Source: Eledone cirrhosa
Taxonomy: Eukaryota
Assembly: GCA_964016885.1 (NCBI GenBank)
Contig: OZ024746.1
Coordinates: 96,658,001 to 96,722,000, forward strand
Length of the DNA: 64,000 nucleotides
Direction of reading: 5' to 3'
Shown here: piece after piece, positions 57,188 through 64,000 of the stretch
How the letters are laid out: every line of letters starts with the position of its first letter
Numbering within the stretch: the first letter of the stretch is position 1
Translations under genes and position numbers: made by a program
The notes under the pieces: model-generated
What the model was told of the DNA's origin: nothing
The model's input: only the letters and a program-made list of their open reading frames with translations
Database searches by the model: none

Positions 57188-57360
57188 CAGGCATGTCAAA
57201 CTGTGGGTTCCCCAAGGGCTACATATGTGTTGTCTGAAGGCCACACATTACAACTAATTTTAAAAATTTTATATTACGAAGATAAAACATGCTTGCGCTG
57301 TAAAAACCTTTATGCGGGTCACAGGTGTTCATGTAAAGGGCCGCATGTTTAACTTGCCTG
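57188..57360. mobile_element. hAT MITE
   Basis: CAGGCATGTCAAAC / GTTTAACTTGCCTG TIRs; ATATATAT flanks. Confidence 0.7.
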
Positions 57361-57604
57361 ATATATATAATATCATCATTCAACGTTCATTTTCCATGCT
57401 AGCATGGGTAGGATGTACTATCCCGTTGTGAGGGATCCGGGTTGGAGAACCGTGTTTTGCTCACACAGAGCTGATTTGGTACAGATTTTCAGCTGAGTAT
57501 ACTGGAACAAAATGGAATGAAGTGTTTTGCACAAGAACAAAACCCAGTCCAGGAATTGAACCTATGACACACGCCTCCACATTTCAAAACAAAGAGATAT
57601 ATAT

Positions 57605-57817
57605 TTAACCCTTTAGCATTTACATTACTCTATATTTACTTTTGTATTTTCACAGTAAACACTTTATCTCACATAATATCAAATCTATGAGATTTTGATA
57701 TTTATTTTAAGAACAATACCTTAACGTAAGTATGAGTAACCGGTTATGGCCAGTTTGAACAGAAAGAGGTGAGAGAATTCGGGCTGGATACAGCTGGTTT
57801 ACATGCTAAAGGGTTAA
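57605..57817. mobile_element. Family 1 piggyBac-like MITE (complete)
   Basis: TTAA-CCCTTTAGCAT...ATGCTAAAGGG-TTAA. Confidence 0.82.
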
Positions 57818-58781
57818 GTGTCGCTGAGCAGAAAACTCAATTCTATATTCCATGGCAGAACAGTTAACAGTTAAGTATGTTTCTCAATTATTCAGTTCTC
57901 GTCTCAATCCCACTGCGTGGTATGTTAGTTAATTTGACAAGCAGGCTGTTCCATTGATCGGATCAACTGGAACACTCGTCGTCGTAACTGACAGAGTACC
58001 TTCCTTCCTTTTGTACCTATGATACTCAGGATAAGATTCATATTCCACTTACTACAGAAACTGGAGTTAGATGCTATTTTTTATGATTTGTATAAAAATG
58101 GACTTTCTCTACGGACGGTTAATGTTTGAATGTTAAGTGTGAAATGATAAGCTACAAAGATTCCTTTTTCTAGACACATTGATAAAGAGTAATGGTGTTA
58201 TAATTCAGAGTCAACCCTCAAGTTCCTTTACTCAACAGGCTGAATAACCATTCATAAGAACAAGTCCTGCGGGTCTGACTGGCTCTTTCAATGCATCAAC
58301 ATCGCAATCCCCTAAGTGTAACACATTCTGGCATTCTATCTGTCAGGATCATGACGCAACAACCATCCAATGTGTAAATACTGTGACATACAGAACCTTC
58401 TTTCCATGTTACCTTCCTTTTCCCTTGAAATGGAAAACATGGGCAGAGGTGGTAAGAGCTGTCCTCAGATCATTGGAGCTCACAGAAGAGATGACGAAGG
58501 ACAGTGACAATGTGGAGAGATGCTGTGCTGAAGAGGACCCATACCACTCTGGCAAGCAGGGAAAAGCAGATGTAAAATGATTATATATATATATATAAAG
58601 GTTCTGCCTTCGACCTGTATCAAGAGCAGAAAATTTTTCTCGGGGAAGGTTTCGATTTTTTTTTAAGAACTTTCAATGTTTTCAAGCCTTTATAGGTTTT
58701 GAGAGCTCAGGATATCATAACTGGTAGTCTTCAGTGAGATATGTATAAAAGTGTTTTAAATATGGCCTCCGATCTTTTAAT

Positions 58782-58783
<2 letters not shown>

Positions 58784-58863
<80 letters not shown>
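58784..58863. repeat. (GA)n microsatellite
   Basis: About 40 units. Confidence 0.98.
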
Positions 58864-58866
<3 letters not shown>

Positions 58867-58960
58867 TATACAATATATGGAGTTAACGGCAATTAACACA
58901 TTTTATACTGATGTAACCAAATTTTCTGTTCCCGCTTTTCGATATATATATATAAAATAT

Positions 58961-59298
58961 CGGGGCCGATAAAATAAAGTACCAGTAATACACTGGGTAA
59001 TTGCTGGCCTTGTGCCAAATGTAGAAACAATTATATATATATATATAAATAAAGTACCAGTAATACACTGGTTATTTGCTGGCCTTGTGCCAAATGTAGA
59101 AACAATTATATATATATATATATAATTGTTTCTACATTTGGCACAAGACCACCAATTACCCAGTGTATTACTGGTACTTTATTTTATCGACCCTGAAAGG
59201 ATGAAAGGCAAAGTTAACCTCGGCGGGATTTGAACTCAGAATGGCAAGGACCGTAACTCTGTGTCAAAGCATGGCGTCCGACCCTCTACCGATACTGC
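58961..59298. mobile_element. OK-like SINEs: two + tails and one full - copy, tail to tail across (TA)n
   Basis: SINE motifs on both strands. Confidence 0.8.
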
Positions 59299-59633
59299 AT
59301 AAATATATATATATATAGGTAGGAGGTGAGTTTTATTGTAGTACAATAAAGCAATGCAGATATCGGATAAGAAGCACTCTACAGTTTGTAGGACTGGAGT
59401 ATACATAATATATAAGATCAAAATTGAAATGCGCATAATAAAATACATGGAACTCATTTAACCATCTTTTGATCTTATATATTATATATATATATATCAT
59501 TGTCGTTTTAACGTCCGCTTTAGGGTTTGGTAGTTAATCGGAAATGAGTAATCAGGTTTTCACAAATACCGTTTCATCTCTTGCTCTCCACTTTCGTAAA
59601 TGTGTTTGTATATTTTAGCCCGAATGTTTATAC

Positions 59634-59765
59634 CAGACCCGTCGCCTAGAGGGTGCACTACTTCCGTTTTTTCAGATTTAGAAAATAGAGTTTATAAAAA
59701 TAAATCGTCCTGGAATACAGAATGTTCTAAAGCCTCCTGGGCAGTAAAACCTGGCGACGGGCTGG
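59634..59765. mobile_element. Probable hAT MITE
   Basis: CAGACCCGTCGCC / GGCGACGGGCTG TIRs; GTTTATAC/GTTTATAT flanks. Confidence 0.55.
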
Positions 59766-59946
59766 GTTTATATCGATTCTGAAGTCTACTGTACAGTTGT
59801 GTATTATATATATCTCTTTACCTATAAACAGTTTAAGCTTGATCGTCGGGCATTTTATTATATAAGGATATCTACACTCATGGAGTACCACTAAAGTGAA
59901 TAATAGCTTTACTGGTTGTAATTGGTAATATCTCATTTATATATAT

Positions 59947-60070
59947 ATCCGAGTTCGGATGATCTAGCTGCCTAAACGGCATACATATATAGGGAAAGGA
60001 GTCAGGACTCCGACGGCTGAACTCCGGCCGTTTAGGCAGCTAGATCATCCGAACTCGGATCTAGCTGTCA
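59947..60070. mobile_element. TA-flanked Penelope-like family A fragments (inverted pair)
   Basis: GACGGCTGAACTCCGGCCGTTT plus CAGCTAGATC..GATCTAGCTG stem. Confidence 0.55.
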
Positions 60071-60537
60071 ATATATATATATAATAAAAAGGACGAGGTA
60101 TTAAATCCTCATTACATTTATATATAAACTATATATATATATATAACGAGACATGTTTATTATACATAAACATCGTACATGTCCTCATATATAGCCCTTA
60201 TATATTATATATACTACATGTCATGTATATAGATACAGAGACTATATTATATGTTGATATACACATCATTAAACGAGTATGCGTTACTTTAATCAGACAA
60301 TTGTTATTTATCCTCTTATAGCTAGATGTGTTCATGTTAACATTTGAAATACTTTTACGCATAACTTCAATTTAGTCAGCAGTGGAAATATAGAGTGGAA
60401 GACTAGAATAATGGGGGTAGTTATAGGGAGAATGTAAGTTGTACGCTATGCTCATCCACACTAACGAGGGAGCCTCTGGGTGGTCACTCAAAATGTTAAT
60501 AGCAGCAGCCACATCTTCCTCAAATTACACCTTGTAA

Positions 60538-60900
60538 AAATAATGATTTCTGATATAGGCACAAGGAAAGCAATTTGAAAGGGGGAAGTCGATTAAATCG
60601 ACTCCAGTGCATTACTGGTACTTTATTTTATCGACCCCGTAAGGATGAAAAGCGAAGCTAACCTCGGTGGGGTTTAAGCTCAGAACGTAAAGATCTTCTC
60701 GTAAAAATAATGATTTCTACTTTAGTCACAAGGCCAGCAATTACCCAGTACATTACTGGTACTTTATTTTACCGACCTCGTAAGGAAATGATTTCTACTT
60801 TAGGCACAAGACCAACAATTTGGGGGGAGGAGACAGCCGACTAAATCGACTCCAGTAAGGTTTGAAAGGCAAAGCTAACTCAGAACGTAAAGAGACTTAT
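60538..60900 (-). mobile_element. Cluster of partial OK-like SINEs
   Basis: SINE motifs. Confidence 0.7.
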
Positions 60901-61593
60901 CGTGAAAATAATGAAACTAAAACCGAGATTCACTTGATAATCTAGTTTAACAATGTTGTAATAATTGTCATAATGATATTGTAAACCTATTTTGAGATGT
61001 TAAAATCTAGTTTTATAATTACGCTGAATAAAAGTCTGAACACACCAGACCGAATAAGTAGCAATTTTTTTTGTGCTTTTTGCTTTTGTTTTAAACCCTA
61101 AGAAGCCTGACTACCAGCTGGAAGATAAGGTGTTTAATAGCTTAAGACGAAAAAGGCACACCTGGAAGAAATTAAGGGACATTAGTTGTTGGCTTATTGC
61201 ACGGAATGCGTGTCAGTAACGATCCAATTTCTGGTAACCCTGATTTACTAATTGAGTCGATTGATCGACCTTAATACATGACTGGTACTTATTTTATTGA
61301 ACCGCGAGAACGAAAAACAACACACACACACAACCATATATGCGACACAGGCAAACACGTATAGATATTTACGCACACTTACATACAACCATATATGTAG
61401 GTAGACACACACATATATATATATATATATAAGGAAACAAGCAGGCTATGATATAAAATATATAAACATGTTCAATCGCTTCATTTATAACATTAGAAGA
61501 CAGTTATATAACGGTAGATAGAGCCTTTGCGACAGATTTTATATAATATATAAACACATACATGTGTGTGTGTATGTATATATATACACACAC

Positions 61594-61651
61594 AGGAAGA
61601 GTCAGGACCACGACGGCTGAGCTCCGGCCGTTTCGACAGCTAGATCCGAAC

Positions 61652-61652
<1 letters not shown>
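61594..61652 (-). mobile_element. Penelope-like family A fragment
   Basis: GACGGCTGAGCTCCGGCCGTTTCGACAGCTAGATCCGAAC next to (TA)n. Confidence 0.55.
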
Positions 61653-61684
<32 letters not shown>

Positions 61685-61906
61685 GTGTGTACTAACCCCT
61701 TAACTAAATATCGCGCCTGCACTAACTCTATATAGTGGCATAAAATAACATATACACAATAGGAAAATATGAAAGAAAAAACTGTTGTACAGTTTATACA
61801 TACGTTTATATATACACCTTAAATTTGTTGCTCAAATGTATATTTATGGAATAGATGGCTATTGACAATCAGTATAAACACTCAGTCTGCCTTTATTTAT
61901 ATATAC

Positions 61907-61937
<31 letters not shown>

Positions 61938-61951
61938 TACATATATATAAA

Positions 61952-62014
<63 letters not shown>

Positions 62015-62451
62015 CAATATAATATATATATATATGAGGAAAGGCGAGAGATAAGGGTAGATAGATATACTAATGAACGGGTATATAGATCAATAAGTAA
62101 ATAATAAATAAGGCAGATAGATGTATAGCTACATAGAATAACTTGAATGGATAGAGATGAGGATATAACTGGCCAGAGAGAAATATCGAAAGAGTTTATA
62201 GATAAATAGATTGATAGATTCAGAGAGAAATGCGAGTATATATAATTTTTTTGTGTAAATCGTAAACTAGTCGGTTGGATTGCTTGATAATAGATGTGTT
62301 TATGTATAAGAAAAGACATATTAAAAGAGTAGAAAAAAAACAACTATGATATAATATATTAGATTCCAATAAGCGAAGCGAGGTGTGCTCAATGCTTAGG
62401 GATGCAATGTTAAATATTATAGTAAGGTTATCTCCTCCATTTATTTTTGCT

Positions 62452-62490
<39 letters not shown>

Positions 62491-64000
62491 ATTTGTAAGA
62501 ATATATTTAGTAGAAATGAAACCTCAATGTGAACAATTCATACATACATACATTGGCACACCCACACGGAGTGTAGACGTGCACAGCTTTCATAGACTCC
62601 CTCCTTCATATATTTGTGTGAATGTCCGCCATTTTCTCGCCCTTTCCACCATCGGTATGCATATACGTGTGTGTGTGCGTGTGTATATATATATATATAT
62701 AATTGCTTCTATATGCATACTAATGTATCTATATACACACGTCTTTTCAGAGGATAAGGCGAATATAGCAGAAATAGACATAGGTAACTAAAAAGTTGAA
62801 GTAGAAAAGACAAAAACATCAAATCAACATACAGAAAAGGCTTAGCATACATACACTCGTATATATATATATATATGTATATACATATATATATAATTGT
62901 ATATATATATGAATGTATGTATTAGACGATAATGAAAATGACTAAATAAAGAAAATATTGAGAGCAAAAATGAGTAAAAGTTTGAAGAAAAAGAAGGGGA
63001 AATTAGGAAGAGAAGGAAAAAGAAATAGATTGACTGATCTAAACAGGCTCGTAAGCGCACCTTGGTCTGATAACTGGCAATGTGTACTACGTCATAGGTT
63101 AACGCCCATATAATGATGTCATAAGGCCAACAGATAGAGGAAGGTGGGAAGTTGTTGCTATTGGTGATATGGGAAGGAAAGGGAAGCAGAGCGGTCAGAA
63201 AGCATATTTAGAACGTTATCTTAAACTATGGTTGACTTGATGAGTAAAGGAATAGCAGCAAGAGATAGACGTACAGAAATCTAGCGAATGGTAGTAGTAA
63301 GAAAAAAAAAGAGAAAGTAATGAAAAAAATATAAATGATGTTTTTTTTTCCTTCTCCCTCTCCCTATAGCGTGTATGATAGGAGTGGTAGGAGTAATAAA
63401 ATTGGTATAGAATCTGCGTGGGTTGTGTGTGTGTGTACTTCGAGCTATAAACACTGTGACTGTTTTCAGAGAGAGAGAGAGGAAGGGAAGAAAATATGTT
63501 TTCAATGTACGTATATAGAAAAGAAATGAGGAAATCTTTGATGATATAGAAAATTAGACAAAATTATTTTACATTTCTCCATCTCAAAGTACGAATATAC
63601 GTAAATAAATTAGTTTTCTGTTACATGCTTACAATGTAAGTATGCGCGAGTGTTTGACTGATATTCAGTTGAAATTCGTTTCCAACTAAACAGCCAGGAT
63701 CCGTATAATATATATCTATATGTATGTATTTCCTACTATTCACTTGTTAGTATCATTAAAACGGCTAGTAACGGAGTACTACTCACGAACGAATGACATC
63801 ATCAAAATATGAGCTTGTTTGTTTTAATCTGCTTATAAAATACTTTTTTTAAATCTCAATTGATATTCTATTTTATTCAATTTTTACAATAGTTGATATC
63901 CCTTTGGCTGTTTCGTGTTTAAAGAACAATATAGTTGTTGTTTTGCTCTAGCCTATTTTGAAATGATATTTCTTGTTCCTAAGATTCTGCCACCTTAGCA

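Noticed and set aside
58600-58740. CTGAAGA and GAAA motifs on the - strand
   Set aside because: No pairing stem I or stem II could be found.

Overview
AT-rich, repeat-saturated animal genomic DNA with a 200-N gap at 10800-10999. The SINE/LINE/MITE families and the very long (TA)/(TACA) microsatellites suggest an octopus-like cephalopod, which is an inference. No host protein-coding gene can be called with confidence, and nearly all ORFs in the track are microsatellite artefacts. The real coding remnants are all transposon-derived: CR1-group, RTE, CRE and Vingi LINEs, a DD37D maT transposase and a hAT transposase. The main unannotated signal is a set of type I hammerhead ribozymes (HHRs) read directly from the sequence. 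A 310-bp tandem and inverted array (1464-2964) carries five copies of a minimal dimer-type HHR and looks like a non-LTR retrozyme or Penelope pLTR array. Four more unrelated intact HHRs (7538, 23441, 31655, 41836) and several decayed ones sit in Penelope-like fragments next to (TA)n or AC-rich microsatellite. Several (TA)n-flanked palindromes have their symmetry axis inside HHR stem II. Coordinates were read by eye, so the ends of degraded repeats are approximate.
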